Shown: positions 13,880-30,172 of the stretch, in pieces
Layout: the number at the start of each line of letters is the position of its first letter
How positions within the stretch are numbered: the stretch's first letter is position 1
DNA from: Paramecium tetraurelia
Taxonomy: Eukaryota
NCBI GenBank assembly: GCA_000165425.1
Contig: CT868119.1
Coordinates: 372,001-436,000, forward strand
Length of the DNA stretch: 64,000 nucleotides
Direction: 5' to 3'
The notes under the pieces: model-generated
The model's input: the letters and a program-made list of their open reading frames with translations, nothing else
Databases searched by the model: none
Told to the model about the DNA's origin: nothing
Position numbers and translations under genes: made by a program

Positions 13880-14491
13880 TCAATATTCCTTCTCACAAAA
13901 TGAAAAATATTCTGAAATCACAACATAGGACCAAATACAATTGAATGTTTATTGTTTAAGTAAATAGGCCAATTAGAACTTCTTGCTCATGAGTATTTAT
14001 TTTGGATCTTCCTTAAAGTTCTTACCCAAATGTTCTATTTGAGGTAACCAAACATCAAATGTTATACTAATCAAACTTATGTAAAATCTGAATTTCATTA
14101 ATTTAGTCAATGAATTCTAGTAATTCTCTTTTGATTCACTTTTTGGCCTCTAAGTGTAATGATATTAACATAAGGAGAATAAACTTAAACCAATAAATCC
14201 ATAATATAAAAGATGAATGAAGAATGCATCAAATAAAATAGTTGGTTTGCTTACAAAATACATTAATGAAAAATATCTAATTTGATGTTGATTAAATTCA
14301 GGAAATAACTTTTCTCTAAAGGATTTCAATAATTTATTATAAAAATATGCACTCGGCAATGAGACAAATCCAATGAATCCAAAATTAAGTCCAATATCTT
14401 TAATCTATAATTTTTCCTTTTAAGTTAGATACAAGGGTATATTTAATAAAGATCCTTAATAAATAGTATTCACTAAAATATTCAATACCAT
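13880..14491 (-). CDS. Membrane protein, divergent Mpv17/PMP22-like
   Basis: Intronless 203-aa ORF with several hydrophobic segments; KPTILFDAFFIH and VWLP..NFK..P..IWSYV loosely resemble Mpv17/PMP22 motifs. Confidence 0.55.
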
Positions 14492-14509
14492 ATTTTTATT
14501 AATATATTT

Positions 14510-14758
14510 ATGAATTTAAATTAAACAATTAAAATATTTTAGGAGGCCTTTGAGAATAGCTAGAAAGTACCACCTTTAGTAAATAGAATCCAAATTATAC
14601 CTTTGAGATAATTAGAGGGTGATTAGAAATCATTATTGGAATTATACAAAATATAATCATAAGAAATGAGAAGAAAATATAACAATAACAGTGAATTATA
14701 ATAGACGTTAGACAGTAAATTTATAAGTAGAAATTCATCAAAATAAACTTTGTTCTGA
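14510..14758 (+). CDS. Small hypothetical protein (82 aa)
   Basis: ATG-TGA frame MNLNQTIKIFQEAFENSQKVPPLVNRIQIIPLR...; no recognisable motif. Confidence 0.4.
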
Positions 14759-14810
14759 TATTATTAATATTAATTTTAATATTCAATAACCACTCTTTCT
14801 CTTCTATTAA

Positions 14811-15969
14811 TCAGTGTCTAGCATTTGGTATTAATTATAATAAGTGTAATTCATGTATTACTAATTATATTAATAATATTGTTGTTCGTCGTTGTAAAAG
14901 TTTTGAGCATAATAATATGCCTAATCTATTTGTGACACTTACAAGGTGGGATCAGGAGTTTGAGTTGTAGATGCAAAAGTTTTACGACGACTAAGAATTA
15001 GAAATTGAATACTTATTAGGAATATAACCTTTGCCGATTCCATAAATGACATTCATGTTCTTTTCGAAATCGCTTTGCAAATCTGGAAAGCAAAACTTCA
15101 TTTGATAATAACATTGCAATGTTAAAAGAGCATCAGATCCGGCTTAATGTTCAGGTCCAATACGTGTAACTTCAACTTTAGTTGCTAATCTGCTTAGACC
15201 TGCATCCTTATATTTAGGGTTATCTTTGAGTATGTATTTTAAATCATAGATTGATGGGAAATAGAGTTTCATCATCTTATAGAATTCATCTTAAGTGTCT
15301 GGAATACCAGAGTGATGGAATAGATGCAATAGATATCCAAAATCAAATTCACCATGGAATACTACATATTTAATTTCATCATTTAAAATTAATCCTATTT
15401 AATATGCAATAATTAATACCACTGCCTGTAACAACTTCACAAAATTCGGAATAATCGATTCCTTTTGATGCTAGATCATCAAATTTGATTCCCGCCTATT
15501 CTAACATATTTTTGACAGAACTCATAAGTTAATCATATCTAAAAGTATTTAAATAAATGGTACTGAGCATTAAATTTGAAATGGAATTGCCATGTATTTT
15601 TTGCTAAAGGTACTTCTCCTGCTTCATTTGCTAAGCTAATTCCTAATTGAATAAGTTTATATTTTTGGACATTTCTGACTAATTACAAATATTCATAATC
15701 CTAATATAATGCAATATCACAGTAACCTTGTCATCACTTTCTGGTTAATCATATTCTGTTCCTGGAAATTCTGTGTCCTAACATCACTAAAATCATTACT
15801 AAAGATATGACATTAAATTCTTCTATTAAATCTGCGATTTCTGCAATTTCCGCTTAAAAATTGTGTGCCCAAACGTCGACAATGTTTGTCTTATTGAGAT
15901 GTGTTAATTTCACTCTGGGATTGGATTCTTTTAACTTCTTTAAATACTAGCAATTACTTTTCTATGCAT
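14811..15969 (-). CDS. CAF1: CAF1/POP2 deadenylase (CCR4-NOT subunit 7/8, DEDD family)
   Basis: IVDVWAHNF, DTEFPG, LIQLGISL, TWQFHFKF, FHGEFDFGYL, RIGPEHQAGSDALLT; several tiny introns. Confidence 0.93.
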
Positions 15970-16015
15970 TTTGATAATTAATTTAATATATGTATATTAT
16001 TGGACATTTAATATC

Positions 16016-18239
<2,224 letters not shown>

Positions 18240-18310
18240 AAAAATATTAAAAATAATTTTGAGAATTTTCAAATGATTATATAGATATTCAATCACTTTT
18301 ATATATATAA

Positions 18311-18750
18311 TCATTTTCTATTTTGTAAATTCCTATTGTACTTTTCAATTTAATATATGAGGAGCATAATTCATCTAATTTGGTTCAAACATTGAAGTTG
18401 TTATTATTGGTTATCATCAGTAATATCTTGAGGTATTAAGATTTATAATTTATTCAAACATCTATAAAGCTTATGATACTTACTAATTGTTAAGATTCAG
18501 TTTAGAGAATAGTATATTTTTGATTATTATTATAAATTCTTTAAGTATCTAATCCATTAATATATCCACCAATAGAAGTACTAATTCCATTCCAAGGAAT
18601 GTAATATTCAATTAAAGGTTTCGGATAGAGCAACTATGTCTAAAGAACACCTTCTATTTGTAGTTTTAATTTAAACTAAATTATTCTCCCTCCAATTTAG
18701 TATTAAGGATTTGTTAGTTTCTATATTTTTTTAATATCTTCGCATATTAA
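18311..18750 (-). other. Possible small hypothetical or degenerate gene
   Basis: Open stretch TNPQYQIGGRIIQFKL..IEYYIPWNGIS plus an intron-like gtaagt..tag; no convincing start or stop. Confidence 0.25.
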
Positions 18751-18824
18751 TGAAGAATTAGAAATAAATTTATTATAATGAATTTAATTTAATTTAAATG
18801 AACCACACCTTAGATGAATATTTA

Positions 18825-20402
18825 TCATTGATTTTCATCTTCTATTTCTTATTAAGATATATTGACTTCTACTTCATCTTCTTATTATTATTAATTATCC
18901 TCATTTTCACCTTCATTTTCATTTTCATTAACTTATTAATTGATTTCCTCGTTATTATTTTCTTCTTAATTTATTTCATTAGGATTCTCGTTTTCATATG
19001 GTTGATTCTACTCTACCTCTTCTTTTTCCTCTTATTATTATTCAATAGGTTGATTGAATTATTGTTTATTAAACCCTTCTTGAGAACCAAATTGCAATTA
19101 ATTAATCAAATTTGATGATTATGATTCAATATATTACCAATATTAAATTTATTCATCAATTAATTTTTATTCTAATTCTGATACTTGTTTGATTATAACA
19201 GAATAGAATTTTATTTTTAAGTCTTAAAATCTTTCTATTTCAATGAATCCTATGATTGCTTACATTATATCAATTAGGTTTTATAAATTATCTAATTCAT
19301 TTTAATTTGTTTAGATCTATATATTTAAATGACTTTTTAGTTATTCTGGTGTTTATTTATTAAAAATATTTTTAAAAAAGTTAGGATTCTTACCTTCATT
19401 TAGATTATTTAATTCTTATTGAGTTTCTAACTATTTAGCTTCTAATTTTTTTTTCTATTCTTCGTATTCCTTCTTAGTCTTCAGACTCTAATAAAATGCC
19501 TAATTTTAATAAATTATAATACAAGACCTTAATATCTTTCAATTCTTATCGAATATATTCATAGAGTTTATCTATATTTCTCCTTTTGAAAATGCCATTT
19601 TAATTATACTAAGTATCCAATTGCTTTTTGATATTTTGATTAGTGAGTAATAAGTTATCACATCGATTATTTTAATACGTCTAAATAAACTATTTCTCAT
19701 AGTTTGGTAGATGCATAGTCATTATTTTCTCTAAACTTTAATTGTATTATTCTTATGATTGGTACAAATCTCTTATATACTTTTTTGCCAACTTTAATTA
19801 AATTTAGTTATTTTTCAATTTTTCCACAAAACCTTCAATTTTCTTATCTAGAGTTTAATCAATATCTCGCTAAATAGAAATATATAATACTCCTTATAAT
19901 TCAATGAAATTGAGCTGATATTTTTAAATTAACTCTGAGGTCTTTGGTTTTGGCATTTATTCGCTATTGATATATATTTGATTATATACAAAGTCTTATG
20001 AATCTCCTTGTCTTTCGATCTTAAGAATAATTGGCTAAACTCTTAACTGTAATAAAGATTCGGCAATAATTTCATTTTATTACAGAATTGTTTCAAGAAT
20101 CTTAATCTTTCTGATGCAGTTTTGGTATCATTTCCTTGAAACATCTTTTTGCCTGGAATGCCTGGAATGAAACAGCCAGGCCATCTTATTAATAATATAT
20201 CCCTTAAAGATATGAAATCCTTATATCGTCTATAGACCTCAAAGAATCCAATTTTATCTTTTCCCTTGATAATATAATATGTATATGTATCTAATAAAGA
20301 CTCGTGTTGATCAAAGGTGATGATATCAATTTGTATGTCTTGTGATTCTTTTAAATCTTAATGCTGATTTTATTCAGTCTCATCTAGATTGACAATTGAC
20401 AT
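18825..20402 (-). CDS. PX-domain sorting nexin-like protein with coiled-coil region and acidic tail
   Basis: YTYYII..VYRRYKDFISLRDILLIRWPGCFIPGIPGKK..RLRFLKQF (PX); helical middle region; E/N/Q-rich tail; TGA 18825-18827. Confidence 0.85.
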
Positions 20403-20867
20403 TTTAATAATATTTATTAAATGAAGGGATCACACAAAAATCCTAATATTAATTTAACTGTCCTACTGACATTGATAATTAATCTCTGTCGAGGAAATTA
20501 GTTAATCTTGATCATTGTCTGATATAAACTTTGATAACATAATTAACAAAATACACAAAGCATATTTTTAATAGGGAAGATTATTTTGGATATTAGAAAA
20601 TAGTAAATCTATTAGAATTTTATACATAATAGTACTTTTCATTTGAATATAAGAATTATGAAAAGTTAAGAAATGGGTTGAAGATCATAGTACATAATTT
20701 AATATTAGAATCTGAATCCATTAGACAAAAAAATTATTTAGAGAATTGAGATAATAAATTCATTATTTTCACAGATTGAATTATAACATTTCTTAATGAA
20801 TAATTCTTACTATTATCTAATATTATTATAAATTATATTGATAAATTGCCATAAATAATTATAATTA

Positions 20868-23800
20868 ATGATATAAAACTGGATAGGGAAATTATTATTT
20901 AATATTTGCGGAGATCTGGTGGAGGTATTTTATATAAATCTATATATATTAAGGATTTCCCTAATAATGAAATTGAAATAAATAAATGGTAAGGGGTTGG
21001 AGAAAAAAGAAACATTAAGTTTAAATAAAACAAAGTAAGAGAATGGATGATGGAATATTTTGGATTAAATGTCGATGTGAAAAGGGCTGAGATTGAATTG
21101 TTATAATTTAAAATCCCTTGGAATAGAATTTGGAAAGAACCTACTAAAATTCTTGTCAAAGATGCATTTATTTGTGTGTAAACCAGAGAAGAATTCTCAC
21201 TTGAATTGATGCGTCTACAGTATTAGAGTGACTTAAAAGATTTCATTGAGCATTGCTATAAGAAACTTTTCAATAATTTTACAAATACTAAAAAGCAAAG
21301 CAAACTAAAAAGAGCCCTTAAAAATTTCTTTTCCGAAATGATTATCCTAGAAGTGTAAAACTTCCATCTCAGATTAGAAGATGAAGATAATGCTGTTAAA
21401 CACAATCGCGTAGCATTAGGAGTCTTATTTAAAACATTGACTTTACAACCCTCTTATAATAATAAAAATGAATAAGAAATTAAAAGAAAATTAGATTTCT
21501 CAGTTGAAGCCCTAAGTATGTATCTAAAAATTGAACCAACTTCTAAGCAATCTAATTGTCTTTCACCTGATTATGTAGAATAGCAAGTAAAAAGTTATTA
21601 TCATTATAGAATGTTATCATAGACCCATTATCATTTCGAATACTCATACATACTAATTTAACTTAGTAAGAGGAAATACCTTTAAAATATATAGAAATTT
21701 AATTTGGCGATGATGTAATATTATTATCATTTGTGCTAGATTAAAATAAACATCGATAATTAATAATTTTAAACCATTCTCAAATTATTGAAACTAAGAG
21801 ATTGGTATTGCCAATAAGGAGATCATTTACAATATCGACCTTAATATAAATCTAGTCCCAAAGATAGTCCTTTTGAATGGCTTCTCTATTGGAAATAAAT
21901 TGTCACCTTAATTAGAAGTAGAATTAATAAATAAAAAATTAATCTTAAATCTAAAATGAGAAATGATTTGGTTAAATATATTGTTGTTGATTTTCTTCAC
22001 CAACAATATTAACAAAATGATGATAATCGATATTGTATTGATGATTAAATGATATTATATACAGATATACTATAAAATAAACAGTAAATAGAAGACAAGT
22101 TACTCCAAGAAGAAATAGAATTAGTATTCTATAAGGTAAATAAAATATTAAACTCACCTGAATAATTAAAAGATATTCTAGTAAAAATGAATTTAGAATA
22201 ACCTTAATAATAAGAGAAAAAATAAACCATTTGGTCCTATTTTTGGAAATAAAAGCAATAACCTGAAGAAGGTACAGAATTTCAATCTAAATACGAGAAA
22301 TTATACACTTCAATAAGCTAAAATGAAAATAGATGTTTGAAAAGATTAGAAATATAAATTTCAAATATATTGGTATTATTGTATTTATCTTTAGATTAAC
22401 TTAAAAATTGCTTAAGAAAGATCCACTGTTTTTATGAAAATCGAATTAAAAGAATCCCTATTACAGTATGAGTCATTCTTAAAAATCCGAAAATTTATAT
22501 TGAAGCTAAAAAGAATTACTGCATATGATTGTTTAAACCCTAATAAAGATTTTTAAACAATCTTTTGTTATCATTCATATATTGAGAGATCTTAGAGGCA
22601 TTAATATTTAAGTTAAGACCAATCACAAATAGAAATTTCATTTGAATATAATAAAGAAGCTAATAAATCGCTTTTTAAAGTGAAATCATTACCTCATTTA
22701 ATGTCCTTGAATGATACAGTCTTAGCGCGTCTACAGCCGTTTCTCAAATAACTAAGAAAAAATGATTATTTCTATGACATTGTCTTCATAAGTTAAGGTA
22801 ATTTCAAGAAAAGCGAATTCATAAATGTGATATCAAATTTATGCAAAGCAAATCGTTTAATACTAGATATTAATATATCTCATGTTACAATTCGAATCCC
22901 GGAAAGTGCGATCAAAACAAATTGTCCAGTCCTTGAGATTACCCTTGAAAACTACCTATTACAATTTCTAAATACAGTTACACAACAAATAAATAAATTT
23001 GCTATTAACTTTTAATATGTTGAAAAAAATTGTAAATAATCCATTCACATCTTGCAGCCAGTTTCAATCACCACTAAAGTTGTTTAATTATAAAATTAAG
23101 ATGAGCAGAATAAATTGAATGAGCTTACTGATCTAGTGTTAGAAAATAAAATTAGCGATATCTTCATTACAATTCCAATATTAAAAACTGACTTTTTTAA
23201 GAATTTTGTTTACAATGTTTTAGGAACTTTAGATAATTTAAAGAAGATTTCTATTTTTTTATAAAAAGAAGATTCTGTTAATTAATCATCATCAGTTAAC
23301 TCTATAAATAGAAGGAAGAGGTCCAGATCTTGGTCTTAGTAAAGAGATTAATCGTCAAGAAGAGAAGATTGCTCATCTCAAACCAGCGAAATTTATTATG
23401 ATGCTGAAGAATTCATAAATATTCCCTTCATTTAATCTATCACATAAAGTAGATAGCAAGTATCACCTTAAGAAAAGAGAGAAGAAATGCTAAAAAAATG
23501 GAATAAAATAAGAATTAATCTAAATTATTTGGTGAACAAAATATTTAAAGAAGCTGATCCAAAAATTAGTTAATTTCTCGAGTCCTTGAGATTAAAAGCA
23601 GTGTTCGAATTACAGAAATTCTAAATTAAAGTTGCTATATAAAAAAATAATGAAAGAAACTCATATTTTTATATTGATAATATTAATGTGACTATTGAAA
23701 AGGCTTTTAAAGTTAAGCATTTCGGTTTCCAGCTAGAGATAAATACAATAACATTATCAATTTATAAATTACATTAATTGAAATAACTAAAAAAATATTC

Positions 23801-26800
23801 AGGCCCATAATCAGATGACATAATGGCCTATATAAATGAAGATATGCTCAATTTACTTCCTTTTTTATTAAGAATAAAAGAGTTACAAATTTATTATTTA
23901 ATTTCTGTTAAAGAAATTAAATTAGAATTACAAAATATTAAAGAAGCTAATTAAAATTATCTAACGACATGTTTAAGCAATTTCAACCTTTAAAGCTAAT
24001 TGCCTTTTAAAATTATGTATAAAGAAAAACTCTCTGATAAACCTTTCTTTTTAGAAATTAATAATTCTGTATCTTCATGGGACACTACATGTGATTGCAA
24101 ATTTATTATGAATATATTATATTACAATGGAAAACTCAAATTATATGAACCCATTTTAGATACTTGTGAGGCAATAATTACTTTTTAAAAAAGCTCTGAG
24201 GAGCTATGTTTTGAAACAAAATTTACCTAATTACTTTTTAATATTACTCCATAACTCATATTCACACTTTATTCATTGAACTAGCATTCATTATAAATTA
24301 AATAGTTTTTATTGTAAGATTTAAATAATTCATAAGATTAAATAGTTGTAAAGTAAAACTTAACGTAGAAATTTGAAATTGAAATTGAACATGATAATGC
24401 TAAATTGCTAGTAGATTAAATTGAAATTTAGCATTCTTATCACTATAAAACTAAATATCGAATTCAATTGTAAACTGCTAATTCTGACGATGAAGTTTCT
24501 AATGAAAAAATAACCTAACATTCAAGACACGTCACATTTCATGATCAAGATCCATCACCATCAATTAAATAATAGCAAACACCAAATTTTAAAAAACAAA
24601 CCTCATTATTAGAAGACGAAATCCTAAAAGATTAATCAAATGAGAAAGATACTATTAAAAGAATTGCTAGTGAAATTGATTTTTCTGAGAAGTAGCGTTT
24701 TGTGACTGAGATTTTAGGAGATTACTTACCTATTGAACAGAGCACAAAATACATTTTTGTTAATCTAACAGTTCAAAAGTTATTATTCAATTTAAATGGA
24801 ATTGAATAATATATAAATGAAAAAGAAAGCAAGTTTGTTAGATGTACTGAAGTTATGGCATTTAAGTTTACTTCTTAAAGGAATTTTTTTCGATATAGTT
24901 CTTTAATTAGAACAAAAGAAGAACGAACATACTTTTTGAAAACAGATAATAGGGATCATAAATTAAAGACAATTTATTATTTATTATCAATAATAAATAG
25001 AAACTAAAATCAAATTATAATTTATCAAATTGAGTAACTACCTAAAGCGCCATATTTGATCAAAAACAAGTGTTCATAACTTATAATATTCTATTAACAA
25101 AATTTTGAAAAACAATAATGTATTTTAGAACCTGGAAAGTCTTCTGGTTTTTGTTGGGAGGATCCATTTTAAGCTCCATCATTACAGTTAGAAATTCACT
25201 ATGAGGGCCAAACAAAACGATTTTTAATTGATATCGATAGATTCAATAATTAAGAATTGTAAATTGATAAGTAATTGGATTCAACTATTGATAAAGAGTA
25301 CAGTTTAGAAATCTTTAACGATGGATTATAAAAAGTCATTGTTTTAGCCGAAGCCCAGTCATTGAAAAAGAAAAAGAAATCTTATAAGATATCATGTGAA
25401 TTGATAGGATTTTCATTCATTGATGAATGGGAAATTTTATACGCAGAAATTAATAATACTAAATATTTTTAATAATAGTAATAGACTGATATAGTAACTT
25501 ATTAGATTTCTGCTGAAAATATCTAGCTTGATGCATGTGGATTACCAATACCAAAAAGATAATTATATATTGTAAATAATTAGATAAGCAATCTAAACAA
25601 GTCTAATGGTTAAAAAAAGTCTATAACATAATCTTAATTAATATAGGACACATAATCTGCTCTTCAGGAATAATTAAAATTAAAAATTAAATAAAAAACA
25701 ATATCTGAAATTTTGGTTCATTTAAAGTATGTGAAAGTTAGAATCCCAAATTATAAAATCATAATTGATAGCAATCTATTATTACAAGTCTTTTCATTTA
25801 TAAAACACACAAAATTACTCTTAGATGCTTTCGATACTCCAAAATAAAAGTCAAAATCAATTCTACTATAACAATCCTTTGAAAAACTTAACAATTCAAA
25901 TATTAGTGACAAATAAATTTAAATCTAACCTAAAAAAATTCATATTGATAAAGTTATAATAAGACCATTTTCTGTAAAGATGAGGTTTAAGAATTTATTG
26001 AATATGGAATAAGAACTCAAAACCTTACATCATCAAGCAGGGTAATGAAATTTTCATTATGATTAGTTTGATCACCTTCGTGCTAAATCAATTTCAGCAA
26101 TTGAACCTTGAATTTTAGCAATATGTTAAAACAGACTATTAATAATTTATGGATGCAAATTATGAACTTCACATTAAAGCTTTATTTAATGTCTTCGGCG
26201 AGTCCATAAATTAATAAGTATGAAATTATAATATCTTTAGATAAGATGTCAAGTAAACCCGACAAATTTTTTAAAAAATTAAGGAAATTTAGCAAAATAA
26301 TTCATCACAGAATTAAACAATTTACAAAATGAAATGGATAAAAATGATATATTTTAAGGCGGTTTACCAGTTAAATTTTAACTACTTTAAACATTTTGTG
26401 TTATTAGTAAATCTCTATATGATGCTGCTCAAGAGACTTTTGTTTCTGTGTTATTGGGAATTGGAAAGTATTGTGAAACATCCTAGCCTGACCAAGCAAT
26501 ATAAAGAACATCCTTCTCAAATAAATTATCAAAATTATTTAGAAGGGTGTCTGATTTCTAATTTAAAAGTTAAACTACCTTAGAAATTTCTTTCCAACTA
26601 TTAATTTCTAAATTAAAAACTAGGAGATATCCTAAATATATTCATAAAAATAGATAAATAACTTCATATAATGAAGATCTATCAAAGTTTTAATTATATA
26701 GATTATGGAAATTAGGATTGGATCAATAATTTGACCATTTTCATTTGTCTTTGAATTGCTACTTATTTTTATCAAACTAATTGTTCATATTATTAGATTC

Positions 26801-27077
26801 TTAATACAACTAGATATTATTAGAGATGAATTAAAGAATGTTTTAATCAATAACAAATACAAATTCTAGTTGTGTCATTAAATATTAGAAATCTAATGTA
26901 AATAAGCAGGAAGGAGATGATGATATTGGCATGAAGCAATTAAAGGTAGAAAAACTCACGTTAAATTTTACAATAGACGAAAAAATATTATCATCAATAA
27001 CTAATATAATCAAATCAAATGTTGAAATTCTTAACGTAAAAGAAAATAAAATATTTAGTATTATGATGCTAATTTGA
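20868..27077 (+). CDS. VPS13: VPS13-family (chorein-N) bridge-like lipid transfer protein, about 2,000 aa
   Basis: Chorein-N-like MIQNWIGKLLFNICGDLVE..FKIPWNRIWKEPTKI, NFHLRLEDE..ALGV, QYRP; YYNGKLKLYEPILD; VAB-like PYLIKN..GFCWEDP; several tiny introns. Confidence 0.8.
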
Positions 27078-27141
27078 AAATTTTATTGTTGTTTATTATT
27101 TTTAATCATTAATAAAGCAACTATTTATTTTATTAATAAAT

Positions 27142-30100
27142 TCATTATTATTATTATTCTCGCTGCTGCTTTATATTCTTTTTTATTTTTGCCAAAGACT
27201 TTAAACTTCTAAATCGCATTTCTTAAACTTACTATTTATAAGACTTTCTTTCTTCAATTTATTTTAATACGTTATTCTCTACTTCAACATTATTTTCCCC
27301 TATGTCTTGATTTTTCAAATTCTTATTAGGATCAATTTGTTGTATATAAGAATTTAATTGTTCTATGGCCTTCTTCCTTTAGCATTCTTCATCTAATATT
27401 CTATTGAGTTTCTTTTATTCAATTAAATATTCAATCATTTAGGATAATTCAGTAAAAAAAGAATCTGTATCTAATTTTTTTGGATCTTCAAAAAATGCTT
27501 GACATATATCATTAAATTATGCGTTAACCTTGAGGTAAAGTTCACTCAAATTTAATTTAAGATTCAATTCAGAATTATCAACTTAGATTTTATCAGAATA
27601 TTTTAAGATTAATTTTTCATCCTGTTCTTTTTTTTCTATCTATTTTTTAATGTTTTAAAGAGAAATCTTAGACAATTTCTTTAATTATTATAAATTAAAA
27701 TCTTCTTCTCCTATTAGGTCTCCTTCATTTTTTTCTGCCATTCTAAGTATCAAACAAAGAAAATTGATTTTAGAAGAACTGCTTGACTTTAAAGGAGCAA
27801 TTTTACTAAATTCAGAAAGTTTAAACCCGTAGGAATCTTTATTTTAAGAACTATTCAAATAATTTATTCCTGCTAGAATGTAACATAGTAGCTTTTTTAA
27901 TTTAACATTTGATTAAACAGATTAAATTTATTACTCTATTAATTCTAATTCTTTCTAAATTTCTTTTTGATTTTAATTTAACAAAACTTAAAACACATGA
28001 ATTCTTTCAGAATAATTGTCTATCTTGATTAAGTTATATAAAAAGATTTCAGGCCTGTTCAACACACTGATATTTTCAATTTTCTAAAATTCTTAGACTT
28101 CTTGAAAAGTGGGAAGTATTTGAATTAAACTTTCGATGTCATCTGAAGTAAACTTTTGATAGTTCATTTCTTATATATAATTGATCATATCATCCATTTT
28201 AATCTTTATTTTAACTAAAATTAATTCAATATTTCTAGATCTATCTAATGTCAATACTTATTATGGTTTAGGTTTGATAAAAGAAGAACTAGGTAATGAA
28301 CTTGCAATCTTAGTTTAATTCTTTTAGAAATGCTTGTCCAATTCTTCAAATTGTAGTTCAATTTTTGAATCATCAAGAGTTTAGAAAATGTTACTTTTAA
28401 TTTGCTTGATCTCCGTTATTCCAACTGAAATTAGTTACTAATTGGGTTTTCTTCTTTACCTAATATTAGTTTTATTTTAAGTTTAAACTGTCTTTTATGG
28501 TGGAGGAGGCGGAGGTGGTGGTGGTGGTGGTGGTGGTGGTGATAGGGGTGGTGGTAAAGACACAGGGAATAAGGAAACACTATTTTGTTCAGGTAGAGAA
28601 GAGCTCATTAAGACTGGGGTTTCCTTGTTTTATTCGCTTGGATAAACCTACAAAGAGCCTTCAATCTTAAATTAAATTCTCGTTTCATCCAATCTTTATG
28701 ACTGCTGGACTGAAATCGATTATTTTTAATTATCTTAGGTGTTCTAATACACAAGCAATGCTTATTTCAGCTAATATAAGACATTTTGGGTCTGTTTCAC
28801 TGATAATTATAATTATTTTTACATTATGTTTGGTAGAGGGCTTTTTATGTTTAAAATTCAATTATTTATCTTTTTAAGTCACCTTTTTCTATTTCTTAGT
28901 TATTGTATCCATCTAAGCAGTTTTAAGCTACATTTTATAAAATTTTTGTGATTATATTTTTACCATACACTTCTGCTTATGATAGGAATTTTTAAAGTTT
29001 TTGGATGCACTCATGAATGCTGCATTATTGATTAAAATCAGAGGCGAAATGCTATAAACTTATCAAAAATTATTCAGGAAATACAACTTATGCTAATTAA
29101 ACATTACCAATTGAAACCCTATTCATAGGTTAAGTTTTTGGATTGTAGGATATTCTAAATTAATTTATAGATTCCCTAATATTTTATTCCCCTTATTCCA
29201 ATAATGTTTCAAAGGCTGAGATATTTTTTATAATGATATTCTCAAAGTCCTTTGAGTTTTCCTTAATTCCTACTAGTATTGAATAATCTTCTTAAAACAC
29301 TAGTAAATTATCTTCTTACTTTTTCTTGATATCCTAAAATATTAATTCTAAACCATGAACTAATAGCAACTATTTTAATTAAATTTTTTCATTAGATAAT
29401 TCAACAAAATTATTGATAAAGGATAAAATGTTTGCAATCTAATAAAATCTATATATATATCTCTTACAAGTTTTTTGTCTATAGAAGTCTCCAATAACTA
29501 CAATGTTTAAAGTAAACAAAACTCTTAGTTCTGCAATTTCAACAGTGATTCCACTAATTAATAGCCATTTATTTATCTCCAAGATATTTTTTCATATTAT
29601 AGGTATATTTGAGCTTAAATCTAGCTATTAGATATTTTTTATATCTAAGATAAATTATTGGATAAAGCAATCAATTGCTATTCATCTAATGTAAATCCTA
29701 AAAACAGCAAATTGCCTTAAAGCATCACATAAAGCTTATCATAAATATTCAGGGTACTTCTATTTAAATTTAAATATTCGATCTATTTTTATATAATTGG
29801 AAATGCATAAGCTATTAATTAAGTGGTTAATAGTTCATCATTTAAGCCTATGAGTGTTTTAATTTCTTGGTAGAAAGAAATATAGATTAGTAAATCTGAA
29901 TCCTAATTTAGATGACATAGTTGTGGGTTTTCGTTAATTAAGGCTTAGTAATGTAACACCAATAACACTTGTTTCTATTTGAGATTTAGGTTTGAAAATT
30001 TTTTTTTTTCTAAATTTGTATCAGAAAGAATTTAATCAAATATAGCTTCAAAATTATCTGCATTTATTGAATACTTTGGAGGCTAACATATGTTTTTGAT

Positions 30101-30172
30101 CTTCAATTATTTCCCTCTAAACATATATGAATACTACGTCTAATTTGTAGATGACTTTAATTCATTTCCCAT
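27142..30172 (-). CDS. Formin (FH1 poly-Pro + FH2) with N-terminal helical domain
   Basis: Poly-Pro at about 28498-28555; FH2-like RSRNIELIL, ILPTFQE, NRPEIFL, GINYLN..SYGFKLSEFSKI; MGNELKS start (5' exons less certain). Confidence 0.82.
28498..28555 (-). repeat. (GGT)n/(CCA)n coding repeat = formin FH1 poly-proline
   Basis: ggaggaggcggaggtggtggtggt... on the + strand. Confidence 0.9.

Noticed and set aside
18798..19115. ORF-track hydrophobic 105-aa protein on the + strand
   Set aside because: Antisense shadow of the E/N/Q-rich tail of the PX gene
28498..28555. Telomere-like or G-quadruplex repeat
   Set aside because: It is (GGT)n encoding formin poly-Pro, not the G4T2/G3T3 telomeric repeat
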